NCBI GenBank assembly: GCA_964016885.1
Contig: OZ024745.1
Span: 100,192,001 to 100,256,000 of the forward strand
Length of the DNA stretch: 64,000 nt
Source of the DNA: Eledone cirrhosa
Lineage: Eukaryota
Direction of reading: 5' to 3'
Shown here: in pieces, positions 1-13,265 of the stretch
How the letters are laid out: each line of letters starts with the position of its first letter
How positions within the stretch are numbered: the first letter of the stretch is position 1
Notes under the pieces: generated by a model
Seen by the model: only the letters and a program-made list of their open reading frames with translations
Told to the model about the DNA's origin: nothing
The model's database searches: none
Position numbers and translations under genes: made by a program

Positions 1-288
1 GGAACCACCGCATATTCGCAGAATCGTGAATATTTGCGATTTTTTTTAATGAATTTTTTCGTGGCAATATATATATTTTTTAATGTTAAATTATTAATAA
101 TAAATACTGTATTTGCCAGCCTATTGGACCCCACTTCACATAAGATGCTCCCTCTTTTTTTAAAATTATATTTTACATTGTATTTTGACATTTATAGGCA
201 TTTTATGAACCGTGTCCAATATTCGCAGTTTTTCACTCTTTGTGGGTGCTCTAGGAACATAACCCATGTGGAGACTGGGGAACAACTG
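1..288. mobile_element. Right end of a Tc1/mariner-pogo (Tigger-like) non-autonomous DNA element
   Basis: Ends in ...GGGGAACAACTG|TA (CAGT-type terminus plus TA site) and has repeated ATATTCGCAG motifs. Left end lies outside the window. Confidence 0.35.
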
Positions 289-596
289 TATAGTAAAAAC
301 GTTGAATGGATAGAAGACAAAGAAGATGGATATATTGCATATAACATTAAGAAGAAAATGTAAACAAATGAGAAATAGAGATATCAATATTTCAGTTTTT
401 GAGTGGTACTAAGGTCTCTTTAGAAGGCATTCTTTAGTTCTAGTTCAGAAAACAAATGGTTTACAGAAGCTTTTCTCTCTGATTTGGATAAAAATTGAAG
501 TCAGACAGAGAAGAGCACACTAGATAAAATAAGAATTAAAAATGTGTTAGAACAGAGGACATGGTAAAGAGAAATATTTCATTGTTTAGCTGATAG

Positions 597-626
597 AACC
601 CAAACCAAACCAAACCAAACCAAACC
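597..626. repeat. (CAAAC)n microsatellite
   Basis: Direct pentamer repeats. Confidence 0.85.
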
Positions 627-1018
627 TCAGTTGTTTTTAAAAGAAAAGCAATCCCAAACAATAAAAATTTTCTTCTGGGGTTATAATTCATTACCACTCT
701 AAAAGCTGACTGGATGGGAAAGACATGGGTTTATGGAGAAGAAAAGTATGAGAGCTGGAGCTCCTCTGAAGAAAGTTGCAAAGATGATATAAGACTAACT
801 CAAAAGTTCATGTTACTGAGCTAGTTAAACACATATTGAAAGACAGGAAAACTCAGCAAGCTATGATCCTTTGTTGACAATTGATCTTCAACCTCTCCAT
901 ATTCTGAGGATGGAGTTAGGAAGTACAGGATATCATGAATGTTATCTAATGATAAGTAAAAAATAAACAGGAGATAATCTCAAAGTGTGTCTCTGGTTTT
1001 GCTACTGTTGCCATTAGT

Positions 1019-1145
1019 GGCTGTCTCTGGCCAGAATTCTCTCACCTCTTTCTGTTCAAACCAGCTGTAACTGGCTGCTCATACTGATGTTAAGGTATTG
1101 TTCTCAAAATAAATAATATCAAAATCTCATAGATTCAATATTATT
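1019..1145 (-). mobile_element. Internal fragment of the piggyBac-type MITE family
   Basis: Reverse complement matches the internal sequence of 1389-1596. Confidence 0.75.
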
Positions 1146-1388
1146 TTTTTTTGGTATTTATTTCATTGATCGCTACGAAAAGTCATGTTAATTAATTAAA
1201 ATTCCCTATGAGATATTTCATTTAGTATATTAACTAATTTTCCTTCTAGACTAAGGCTATTTTCATAATGGTTGAATCAAGAAAATACAGGTTAATAAGT
1301 ATCATCATTTCTACATCCATTGTTTTCTGGCAAGTCTTGTGAGGCATGTTGGATGTTCTTCCCAATACCATGTCACATCTTATCTTAA

Positions 1389-1596
1389 CCTTTTAGCATT
1401 TACACTACTCTATAGTTACTATTGGACTTTCACGGTAAACACTTTACCTCACATAATATTGAATCTATGAAATTTTGATATTATTTATTTTGAGAACAAT
1501 GCTTTAACATCAGTATGAGTGGCCAGTTACAGCTGGTTTGAATAGAAAGAGGTGAGAGAATTCTGGCCGGATATGGCCAGTTTAAATGCTAAAGGG
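1389..1596 (+). mobile_element. piggyBac-type MITE (~210 bp)
   Basis: TTAA at 1385-1388 and 1597-1600. TIRs CC(T/C)TTTAGCATTTA...TAAATGCTAAAGGG. Several other copies in the window. Confidence 0.8.
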
Positions 1597-1749
1597 TTAA
1601 GTATAATATATATCACTGACTTTCATTGCATAAGTCTCTCCATGTTTTATCTACCAAATTTACTTATGAGGTATTGGTCAGCCCAGGATTATAATATTAA
1701 TAAATCATTCACCCAAGGTGTTACACAGGAGGACTGAATCTGAAACCAT

Positions 1750-2097
1750 ATGTAGCTATGTGGTTAAGAGGCTCGCTATAGTTTCAGTTTCACTCCCACA
1801 GTTAAGTACCTTGGTCAAATGTTTTTACTATAGCCTCAGATTGACCAATGCCTTAAGTGAAATATGTGAATGTATATGACCATGTCTCTGTGTTTGTGAC
1901 TATGTCTGTGTTGCCACCTACTGTTTATTTATGTCCTGGAACTTAGACAAAGTTCCAGGACATTGACAAAGAGGGATTGATAAAAGAAGAACCAGACTTG
2001 AACAACTAGGGTGGATACAATCGACTTTAAGGCAGTGCTCCAGCATTTACTGCAGTCCAATGACTGAAAACTAAAAAAAAAATAATAAAAGAATAAT
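1750..2097 (+). mobile_element. Degenerate tRNA-derived CORE-type SINE
   Basis: TAGCTATGTGGTTAAG head, ACCTTGGTCAAATG core-like motif and A-rich tail. Confidence 0.5.
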
Positions 2098-2441
2098 ACT
2101 GAATGAGCAAGCATAAAATATCACAAAACAGTCTACATAAACATGGAAGCTTCCATTAATCGGTATGCTCTCTCCATTCATTATTGACTTTAAAATAGCA
2201 GCAAGTATGCTCAAAATAAAAATAAGATAACCACAGATAGAAATTGAAATAGAATGCTTTGTTCAATTAAGTTATCTTTCAATGGGTTTGTTCAAGTAAA
2301 ACTGATTGGAGCTTATCCAATAACAATAACTTACACAGTCAGCTTCAGGCATTTGCTGAAAAGACTGTGTCAAATTACACACTGGCATGTGTGACATTTA
2401 TTATGGGGATTGGTGTTAATTTGTGAATGTACTTGTCTTAG

Positions 2442-2482
2442 AAAGAATCAACAATTTTATGATGTATCAGAAAGTTCATTCT
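2442..2482 (+). CDS. Candidate 41-nt internal exon of an unidentified host gene (xRINNFMMYQKVHS)
   Basis: TTGTCTTAG acceptor, GTAAGT donor, open frame, non-repetitive context. No homology support. Confidence 0.25.
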
Positions 2483-4914
2483 GTAAGTTTGTTACTTGCC
2501 TACTTCTTTACAAAAGGTTACTGCTTATATTGGCTTGAGATATTAATAATTGAAAGTTTCTGTGTATTCATAAATCAACAGGAATTCCATAATGATCTAT
2601 TATATATTTACTAGTAAAATTAAATATCATTGTTGTGATTTCTAAAGTATATTTGCTTCATTCATAGAAATTCTTAGAATCTAAATGAATTGTTTTGATG
2701 TATAGTTAAACATTTTTTTATAGAATTCTGCATTATTATCACAAAGTTAGTAATTTCATTTTCATATGTGAATTTGATAACTATACCGGTGATATTAAAG
2801 CTCAGATCTAAGGTCTCTACTGGTGAGAGTTGATCATGTATCTCCTAAAAATTCCTTCTAGGGTTCACAGGCAAGGTCTTTATAGAAGAGAAGCAGTTAT
2901 TTGTGAAATAAGTGACCCATCTTCATGCCACTGATGTTATCAAAAGGAAAGCAATGGCAGATATAGCTTGGAATCAGTGTTGTTACTGGTGAACTAAGGT
3001 AAAGAACTGGAATAAATTCTAGAAGAAATTTTATCCAATACACTAACAATTCCACTAATCCACTGCCATGAACTGGTACTTCATTTTAACCCCAGAAGGA
3101 TGAAAATCAAAGTTGACCAAGGCAGGAATTGAACTATGAATGTAAAGAGCTGCAACAAATACTGCAAAAGATTTTATTTAATGTTCCAAAGAATCATGTG
3201 TATGTTTTAAGAAATTCAAAGTTGAAATCTTGTTAAATATACAATACAAACTAATCTTTGTTTTCAATTATTGTACAAAGTTTTTTAGAAAAGCATTCCC
3301 TCTATTCAGATAGATAACCAACAATACTTTGGTCTTATACTTTTCCTCTTTATTGTGAAGCCATTAGAGTTAGTCATGTCAGTATTCGTATTCAGACATC
3401 ATGGTTTTTATTGCAAAATCAAACTAAAATTTGGGGGAGAAATTAAAACTGTTTAGAAAATATTGTTGAACATTGAAGATAAAACGCATTGCATTGTAAA
3501 CCATCTTAATGTTGAAAATTGAATATGAAATTAATTGAATTAATTGAATATGAAGTGTGCATATTGATATTATACGCAAATATATATGCATGTAGATATG
3601 ATACATCAAATAAAATCGTAACTGAGAATATGCACAGAAATTGAAGAGAGACTGTGTTACACTCTCTTCCGTAATCAGTGAAGTAATCCATGGATTACAT
3701 GGATTACATTTAAAGAAAACAATATTATATATAAACTCCATTATGGCAAAATGTTATGAAAACGAAAAAGGAGAAAATTAGTGACGGAAATATAAACCTT
3801 ATATAAGTGATGTGATATAGCGTCCATTATATCATAACCGGAAGTATTGACATTTGAAAATTTTAAAAGAAGTGAATCTTAGAATAAGCAATAAAATTAT
3901 TTATATTTAATCAAGAATTACAAAATTTAGTACATAAATTATGTAATATTCATTCATTATTTAATCAAAGTAATCCAACTTATTTTACTAACGGGATAAA
4001 AAAAGTATATTCAGGTTCACAGTCCTGCACTCCTCCCTTTATTATATTATGATAATGTATCATCTATTGTGAAAGCATGTCTTATATTTATAACTATCTT
4101 CTGGTTCATACCAATCTATGCTTCAATAAATTTGTTATTTCATATATCCACCTGGCATCGCCTCTGATTCTATTTATTTTAAAGTGTTTATGTTTATCTA
4201 AAAAAACTTTTGACATAAGAACATTTATTAAGTTCTATTTCCAATACCAACTTAATAAGAAAGTTAGTTATTCTACTAAATCTTTCCAAATTCTTGATTA
4301 ATTTCAACATTATTCGAAAATCATAGTAATGAAAACGTAAAGCCCAAAGGTAATTTGTTAATAATAGACATGCAAAAAGTCAGGGAAAGAGGATGTTAAA
4401 TGATGATAATGATGATGAAAAAGTCAAAATAATAACTAATAGAAAATGATAGATTTGAGAAAGAGATTCAATTCTGTAGACATATATCAGAAGTGTAAAA
4501 TTATAAATACAATATACTATTTTCATAACAATTTTTATAAAGTTTCATTTAAAAGAATTAAATTAAGATCTTAAGATGACTTTGTTATATGGAAATAAAT
4601 AGAAAAAATCCTGATAATTTTGACTTTAGTAATTTTTTTTTAATGAAAATATGATACCCCCTGTATGGCATACTGTTTGTTTTCATTAAATTAGTGAATT
4701 TATCCTATTTTTAAATGTATTTTATGTTTTGCGTTCTTTCAACAGAGAAGAAGCATGCTACCTCTAATTCTCTTAACCCTAACATCTGCCCCCCCCCCCC
4801 TACGGATTTCGTATAAATGTGTTTACTTATATGCTTACACAGCAAGGTCAGTAATGGACAGACAACTTTCAGATTACCCCTTCCCCCCATGTAGGCATAT
4901 ACCTATATGTACAT

Positions 4915-5396
4915 ATGTATGATGCCTGTGTGAGGAGTGCGATGCTGCATGGTAGTGAGACATGGGCAGCAACTGCAGAGGATATGCGACGGCTAAGGAG
5001 AGAAATGAGGCAAACATGCTCCGTTGGATGTGCAGTGTAAATGTGCGTGAACGACCCAGCATAAATGTGTTGAGAGAGAAACTGTGTCTGAGAGGGATAG
5101 AATGTAGTGTACGGGAGAGGAGACTGAGGTGGTATGGACATGTGATGCGCATGGAGGATGACCGATGGGTGAAGAAGTGCCAGGAATTGCCAGTTGAAGG
5201 AAGACGTGGTAGAGGTAGACCATGAAAAACATGGGCGGAGGTGGTGAGAACAGACCTCAGATCATTGAAGCTCACAGTGGAGATGACGAGGGACCGTGAC
5301 GAGTGGAGAGATGCTGTGCTGAATAAGACCCGTCCCACCCTTGCAAGCAGGGAAAAGCAGACGTAAAATGATGATGATGATGATGATGATGATGAT
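4915..5396 (+). mobile_element. 5'-truncated RTE LINE 3' fragment (short-3'UTR subfamily)
   Basis: Encodes YDACVRSAMLHGSETW...RRLRWYGHVMRMEDDRWVKKC with frameshift/stop. Ends GACGTAAAA(TGA)n. Confidence 0.9.
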
Positions 5397-6014
5397 ATAT
5401 GTAGGTGTTTTTGATGTATAACAGTGTAGATTTGTGAACATGTGAATGCCCCCCCCCCCACCCTGGACTACTATCCCCCCACCACTTATAGTATCATACA
5501 TATCATTCTTACACATGTCTTGTTCTCACTCTCCAAACATGGCTACCTTAAGGCGAGGCATCCTCCCCACCCCCATAGAGTAGAGGGGACTCTTCGATTA
5601 AGTCCATCACTGAAAACCTCTCTAGTGTTGGTGCCACAACAAATTTACCTGGTAGACTCTGTAAAGTGATTGGCATTAGAAAGGGTATCCAGCTGTAAAA
5701 CACTTGCCAAACAAAGAGTTGTGCCAAGGGTACAACTTCCGCAGTGCTGGTGCCTCATTAATATACCCCAAGTACACTCTGTAATGCAATTAACATTTTG
5801 AAGAGCATCCAGCCATAGAAAACATATCAAACATCAGGTTGAGAGGATTTTCCAGTTATGTCAAGAACATAGCAACCACCTTAGTGCTGGTGTGACAATA
5901 AAATGCACCCAGTGCACTCTGTAAAGGGTAGAAGAATGTGCAGAAGCAAGATGTTACAACATCATTCTGGATGTCTGCGAAGGCAGAGGCTTTGATTGAA
6001 TACTACTTTGGTCT

Positions 6015-6161
6015 ATGATGTTAAATGATGATGACGACGATGTTAAAATGATGATGATGATGATGCTGATGCTGACGATGATGATGATGATGACGATGAT
6101 GATGATAATGATGATGATGATGACGATGTTAAATGATGATGATGATGATGCTGATGCTGAC

Positions 6162-6199
<38 letters not shown>

Positions 6200-6303
6200 C
6201 GATGATGATGACGACGATATTAAATGATGATGATGATGATGATGATGATGCTGACAATAATGATGATGATGACGATGTTAAATGATGATGACAACAATGT
6301 TAA

Positions 6304-6336
<33 letters not shown>

Positions 6337-6766
6337 CTGACAATGACGATGATGATGCTGACAATGATGATGATGATGACGACGATGACGATGACGACGA
6401 TATTAAATGATGATGATGATGATGCTGATGATGATGTTAAATGATGATGACGACAATGTTAAATGATGATGATGATGCTGACAATGACGATGATGATGAT
6501 GCTGACAATGATGATGATGATGACGATGACGACGATATTAAATGATGATGATGATGATGCTGACGATGATGATGATGATGATGACGATGTTAAATGATGA
6601 TGACGACAATGTTAAATGATGATGATGATGATGATGATGCTGACGATGATGATGATGATGACGATGTTAAATGATGATGACGACAATGTTAAATGATGAT
6701 GATGATGATGATGATGCTGATTCTGACAATGACGACGATGATGATGGTGATGATGGTGACGATGAC
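6015..6766. repeat. Compound (GAT)n repeat with reiterated GATGTTAAATGATGAT units
   Basis: About 750 bp of GAT/GAC/GCT triplets punctuated about 14 times by TTAAA. Confidence 0.95.
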
Positions 6767-7139
6767 ATAGTCTCAATGATTTATCAGTTTAGTGTCAGAG
6801 GACATTTCGAGTTTATTCTTATACTATTGACAAACACATCAATTATTTAGCTTACTAGACATTTCAATTTCTAGAGCCTCATCTACAAAAGAACATCATA
6901 AGAGCTGACACAATTTTTATTATTTTTGTTGGCATTACAGTTTATATATGTTGTTCTTCCAGTGTAGATTCTCCAGATGGATTTTCATAGCTTCGTTATT
7001 CACTTGAATAACTTACAAGCCTTTAAAAAAATTATTTTCATCCATGAATTTAGAAATAAAAATATACAACACAGACATTAAAAATATAAACCACAGACTT
7101 TAAACATAATTCAAACAATATGTCTAAAGTATTATGTTT

Positions 7140-7552
7140 TTAACAGGATTGACATGTACAGCTGGGTTGAAAGTGGTATCACGATTGATGGGTGTAGGAT
7201 CAGTCAGCTGGAATTTGCAGACGACATGGTATTACTTAACTCAACAGAAGGTGATTTCCGACATGCACATGATAGATTTGATACTGATTGTTGCATGGCT
7301 GAAATGTAAATCAGTGCTGCAAAAACTGAGACACTCATCCTCTCAAGGAAGCCTGTACATTTCACTCTATTTATAAGTGGAGTACTACTGAAGCAGTTGG
7401 AGAAGTTCAATTATCTTGGGGCTGAATTAAGTGCAAGAATTGCAGGAGCTGGTGCAGTAATGTGCCAGCTTTAGCATTTGGTAACCAGATGAAGGGAGGT
7501 AGATGTAAATGCCAAACTAGCTATCTTCAATTCGGTATTTGTGCCAACCCAT
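7140..7552 (+). mobile_element. Old RTE-type reverse transcriptase fragment
   Basis: LEFADDMVLL (RT YADD-type motif) and QLEKFNYLG readable across frameshifts. Confidence 0.7.
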
Positions 7553-8607
7553 AGATGTTCCTATCAGAAGTAACCATCTCTAAATGATCCAATTGGATCC
7601 CTAAATGAGAACAATTGAGTTTATGGATGTTATCCAACTATCTTGCTTGTGGTTTACTACTGGATCCATTACCAGATGACTTTGTAAAATCTGTCCAGTA
7701 AAAAATCTGTCCACTTAAGGTTTCTATAGGTCTTGTGAGACCAAGGATTTACACCTTGCAGTCACTCATGCATACAAATATTCACCCTCCATAACACTGA
7801 TGCAGTTCAAAGGAAAGACAAAGGTCAATACTGCTTGGCTGTGAATGATGTCTCAGAATGCAAAATGCCAAAAATTCTTGTGGAAAACATCCTAACCAAC
7901 AATTCTACCAATCCATCATTCTGAACTGGTATCTTATTTATTGATCCCCAAAAAAGCCTTTGATGGGATTTGATCTCAGAACATAAAGAACCAGAACAGC
8001 TGCCACAAAGCATTTAATTTAATGCTCTAACATTGTCAATTTGCTGTTGAAATCAACTAACAGTGTATTCAAATAATTCAATTTAGTTTTCAGCAATACA
8101 ATTATTATACATGAACAAAAATAATGTTTCTATTGCTATTCTAGGGCAAAAGACAAAGAAAGAAATTATGCCAAAGTGAAAAAAAAATGTTGTATAGTGA
8201 TATTTAGAGAAATTGTGATTTGAGAAAGACTGGGGTTGATTCTTCCTCTATAGAAAAAATCAGCTGTGTTCAGACCTGGAGAGGGTTGGGCTTTGCCAGG
8301 TTTAAAGGTGCCCTAGACACGCTGTATAATGGTGCCTCTACGATTCCACAAGGAGTTATAGGGTCTTAATCCTTTATAAAATATAAATGCCAGAAACATA
8401 GTAAAATATTCTCACATGAAACTAAGATGATTAGTAGGTTGAAAAAGGAAAGCCATTGATCTAAGAAACCTAAACTTTTCCATAGTGAAAGATTTTCCAC
8501 AAAAGAATGTTTGACATTAGAAAAGATAGCTACCTTTTTAATAAAAAGAAATGATACCGATGATACAACAGAATCATGCCACAAATATAAAAATGATTTA
8601 TTGAATT

Positions 8608-8781
8608 GGATTGGCAGTATCGGTAGAGGGTCGAACGCCATGCATAGTTACGTCCCTTTACGATCTGAGTTCAAATCCCACTGAGGTTGACTTTGCCTTT
8701 CATCCTTACGGGGTCGATAAAATAAAGTACCAGTAATGCACTAGGTAATTGCTGGCCTTGTGCCTAAAGTAGAAACAATTA
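8608..8781 (+). mobile_element. tRNA-derived SINE family A
   Basis: A box TGGCAGTATCGG, B box GAGTTCAAATCC, central CCTTTCATCCTTACGGGGTCGATAAAATAAAGTACCAG, tail CCTAAAGTAGAAACAATT. Confidence 0.9.
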
Positions 8782-9325
8782 ATTACAAAATCAAAGGGAT
8801 AGAGAATAGAATCCAAAATATATTTGGAAATTAATTTCTCCTCACTCCAGCAGATAAATCTTTCACCTTTTATTAAAGAATAACATGTATATATAAATAA
8901 CAGTATATATAAATAAAATGTGTGTGTGCGTGTGTATGTATCATTATGTGGTTGATGGCTGAAAGAAAAGAGTACTCAATACCGAAAAAGAGTTTTAATA
9001 TTCATTTTATTAAGGCTAAATAGTGTAGTTCCCCCCTATCACAGGGTCATCAGACAACAACTAACATTTTAATAATAGACACAGTATAAATAAAGAAAGA
9101 CAGGGGATTTAATTGAGAAGGGGTAATTAAGATAGGCTGGAGAGGGTGGTGGTGGCAGTAGGGGAGGATAGAGCTGTGTGGAAAAGATGATAATGGGTGG
9201 TAATGGATGTAGCTATCAGATTTTTAACTGGTCAGGGGGAGGCAGGTGATGAATGTGAAGGTGGCTGTTTAGGGTTAGTGGAAAAGATAGGTGGGATTAG
9301 CTGGATGAAGTGGTGGATGGAATAT

Positions 9326-10180
9326 ACATCATCATCACTGTTTAATGTATATTTTCCCAGCTTGCATGGGTTAGACGGGTCGTCCATATTACAAGACAAG
9401 TTTGGCCAGCTGGCTGAGCTGTGCCTTGCTCAGACAGAACTGTTACTGTATTTTGTGATCTGAGTGGTCCCATTATAATGGAGGTCTGACCAGTTGGCTG
9501 TGCCATGCCTTGTTCATAGTGGGGCCATGTTTGGGCTGGCTTTTACGGCTTTTCATAGCTGCCCTTCTTACCGCCAACAACATTTACAGGGCGGGGTTGG
9601 GTGGTCCTGTTATGAAACAAGTCTGGCCAGATGGCTGAGCTGTATCTTGCAAAAATTGGGACTGTGTTGGCTGGGTTTTTACAGCTGCTGGATACTCTTC
9701 TTAAGACCAACCATGTTTACAGTGTGGAACTGGGTGGCACCGTTATGAGGAGGGTCTGGCCAGTTGACCAAGCGCTAGCCTGCTCACATCGGAACCTTAA
9801 TTTGGGAGCTGCATAGTCCCATTATGAGGGGAATCTGGCCAGCTGCCTGCACCATGCCTTGCTCATAGTGGCGCTGTGTTATTGGGTGGTCCTGTTATAA
9901 GTCAAGTCTAGCCGGATGGCTGTGCCATACCTTGCACTTATCGGGACCATGTATTGACTGGGGTTTTATGGCTGCTGGATGCACTTCCTAACATCAAACA
10001 TGTTTACAGTGTGGAATTGGGTGGTGACACCATTGTGGAGAGGTGCTGGCCAGTTGGCCTTACCATACCCTGCTCTCAGCAGAACTGTATTTTGGGATCT
10101 GAGTGCTCCCATTATGAGGGATGTCTACCAGTTGGTCATGCTCTGCCTAACACATAATGGGGCCATGTTTAGGCTTGGTT
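9326..10180 (-). repeat. RTE/SINE 3'-tail-derived sequence with internal tandem amplification
   Basis: Starts with (CAT)n and the reverse-complemented RTE terminus, then repeats degenerate CCCATTATGAGG..CTGGCCAG..CCTTGCTCA units that are antisense to the RTE 3'UTR (34640-34690). Confidence 0.65.
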
Positions 10181-10181
10181 A

Positions 10182-11638
10182 TCTCCTTATAATATATAAC
10201 CAGCAATTTCTCTGTCTGTCTGTCCGACGCATAGAGAAAGAGTGAGAGTGAAAGAAAGAGACAGACTACAAGAGGGGGATAGCGGGAGGGAGAGCGAGAG
10301 ACGCTGGAAGAGGGGAAGGAAAGCTATGTCTTGCTGTCTGCATTACGATACACATATATATACACGCACACACTGAGCGCGTCATAATGACGTAATGCAG
10401 ACAGCCAGACATACAGACAGATATTATAAGGGCGCAACGTTATATCTATGTATCTATCTAAAAAGAAAGACTAAAAATTATATAGAGAGAACGCTAAATC
10501 GCCTAATGCGGTCCCTAGGCATTGAAAATTTGAAATAATTTTTGCTCAAAACACTCACAGGACCATAAGTATTACATGTGGAAAGTTTGAAAACAATCGG
10601 TTGGATGGTTCTCAAGTTTTAGTGAGCTGACAGACAGACAGACATTCTCTGTTTTAGATATATAGACTAGCAGAAAACCACACGGTGGGCGGTTTTCTGC
10701 TAGTCTATATATATAAAACTGAGGATGTCTGTCTGTGTGTGTGTGAGTTCGAATCCCTAAAACTCGAGAACCACCCAACTGACTGTTTTCAAACTTTCCA
10801 CATGTAATACTTATGTTTCAGGGAGTGTTCTGAGCAAAAATTCAAATTTTCAATGCCCTAGGGACCGCATTAGGCGATTTAGCGATCTCTCTCTATAATT
10901 CTTAGTTTTTCTCTTTTTAGATAGATACATACATATAACGTCGCGCCCTTATAATATCTGTCTGTATGTCTGGCTGTCTGCATTACGTCACTTCCTTGAG
11001 GATGTCTGTGTGTGTGTGTGTGTGTGTCTCTGTGTGTGTGTGTCTGTGAGTTTGAATCCCTAAAACTCGAGAAGTACTTAATCGATTTTTTTCAAACTTT
11101 ACATGTGTATTACTTATGTTTCAGGGAGTGTTATGCACATAAACAATTCAACTTTTTTTTATCTCCTAGGGCCCGCATTAAACTGCGTTTTTAAAGATTT
11201 TTAGGGATTTTTTGAGGCGTTACGTCAGACCGATTTCCTTGAAATTGTAACTATGTATTAGTCAGTCTCTTCTTCATACCGTAGGCAAGGAAAATCCAAC
11301 TTTCTTATGGCCTAGGGACCGAATTAGGTGAAAAACTTCATTTTTTCAGCTTCTTAGGGCTTTTCGGAGGCGTTACGTCTAGCTGATTTTCCCAAAATTT
11401 CAAGGCATATTATGCACATAAAAAAATTTATTTTCTTGATCCCCTAGGGCCCGCATTTGGTGAAAACCTGCATTTTTCCTGCTTATCGAGGAAAACCTTA
11501 AAGATTATCCAGCCATCAGAGTATTCGGTTTATTTTCTTTACATATTGTCCAGGCATGCAGTTTTTCCCCGATTAGGTCTGTTGGCGGCCCGCGTTACAA
11601 AATACCTTATCCCGTGCAACGCCGGGTACCACTGCTAG
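10182..11638 (+). mobile_element. Composite non-autonomous Helitron-like element(s)
   Basis: A|TC 5' start at 10182. 3' hairpin CCCGTGCAACGCCGGG followed by CTAG|T at 11638. Internal CTAG|TCTATATATATAAAA junction at 10703/10704 and (CTGT)n subterminal microsatellites. Confidence 0.7.
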
Positions 11639-13067
11639 TATACATATAAAGTTGGAAAGATGACAAAAAATGTCAAAATGACGGGTTCCTACAAAAAAAA
11701 ACCCACCCACACACCAGACTCAGAGCTGGTATTCTCTACTCTTATCATTACACTTTTCATTGACTATCCAGCACTAGTTCTTTACTTGCTCAATCACCTT
11801 CCCACCAACAACAAGCATGTAGCTACCTGTTCATCCTCCCTTACCATCTTATCACTCTGTTTTCCCTCATAATAAATACTAGTGAAGCTCTCTCCTACCA
11901 TGGCACTCCACTATTTCTCCATCTGCCTCATATCAACAACTAATAGGTAGCTATCCTCTACCATCCTATCACTTTCCTCCCTTTCACACTTATATCCATA
12001 CTCTCTCCCTATTTAACCTCTTGGTCACCACTCCTCTTCAAATTACACACTTAGGCACTTTTGCTTTGAAAGAAGAATGGAGATGATATAGGATGATGAG
12101 GATTTTTTTTTGCCATGAAGGGGCAAGGCAACCTTTCAGGTATGGGCATCACAGACAAATAGGGTTGAGAGTGGTTGACATAGAGTAGAGAGAGTGTTGT
12201 TGTGAAGGACTTGGCTTCTCTAGTGGCGTGATAAACTGCACCCAGTACACTGTTAAGTGGTTGGTATTAGGAAGCGCATCCAGCTAAAGAAACCATGCTA
12301 AAAATTGGAATGTACAACCTGTTCAACCCTTGCCTGCATGGAAAGCAAATAAGATAGACGATGATGATAATTCCACACAGTTTAACTCACAAGGTAGAGG
12401 TCAACTCCAGACTGTGATATTAGACATTTGGGGGTCAAACTTGGAATCATATGGTTGCACAGGAAACCTCCTAACCCCACAGCTATGCCTTCACTCATTT
12501 ATTGCTCTGATTTTCCCTTATATATAAGACAAAAGTACACAATACAGGGATATATTATGGAGGAGATGTGGATTGACATATAGTTGATGTAACCAATGTA
12601 TGATGAGAGCTTGCAAGAAATAAAAAAAAAACATATTATAAAGGCTCAAGTATTGTAGATGAGAAATATATTGAACTCAGAACATTTCCAGCAAAAGAAT
12701 AAAGTAATGAAAAATATGTAAATAATAAGAATATAAAATATAAAATGTGGTATAACAAAATAATACAAGAAGGGATAAGTATACAAAATGATAAGATTAA
12801 GTAGATCTGGTGTTTAATTTTATAACATGCTGTAGATGTTGATGGATAATATGGATGTTCATAGATATGTGTATTGAAATAATTTGTCCCAATACAAGCC
12901 AGACGCCACACACACGTACACACACACACACACATCCTCTCTTTCTCTCTCTCCTTTTTGACCCAGCACTTACATCCTTGAAATTCCCACTTCCTTGTCA
13001 AACTATGCTAGTATGGAAAGCTGGGCACACCCTACAATGTACCTTTAGAAGTCACCCACGCTTTTAA

Positions 13068-13265
13068 ACCCTTTAGCATTTAAATCAGCTGTATCCTGCT
13101 AGAATTCTCTGTTCAAAGCTGCCATAACCCAGCTGCTCATCCAAAATCAAGGTATTGTTCTCAAAAAAAGTGATATCAAAATCTCATAAATTCAACATTA
13201 TGTGAGATAAAGCCTTTACTGTAAATATACAATAGTAAATATAGAGTAATGTAAATGCTAAAGGG
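13068..13265 (-). mobile_element. piggyBac-type MITE copy
   Basis: CCCTTTAGCATTTA...TAAATGCTAAAGGG|TTAA, in reverse orientation to the 1389 copy. Confidence 0.8.

Noticed and set aside
34-363. 109-aa ORF
   Set aside because: Non-ATG start, low complexity, crosses a transposon boundary, no recognisable domain.
6015-6227. Poly-Met/poly-Asp ORF as an acidic biomineralisation protein
   Set aside because: It is the translation of a (GAT)n repeat whose frame is broken by TTAAA units; no convincing splice sites.
9020-9060. Minus-strand CTGATGA-CCCTG-tga-TAGGG hammerhead-like motif
   Set aside because: GAAA is degenerate (GGAAC) and stems I and III cannot be formed; at most a decayed relic.
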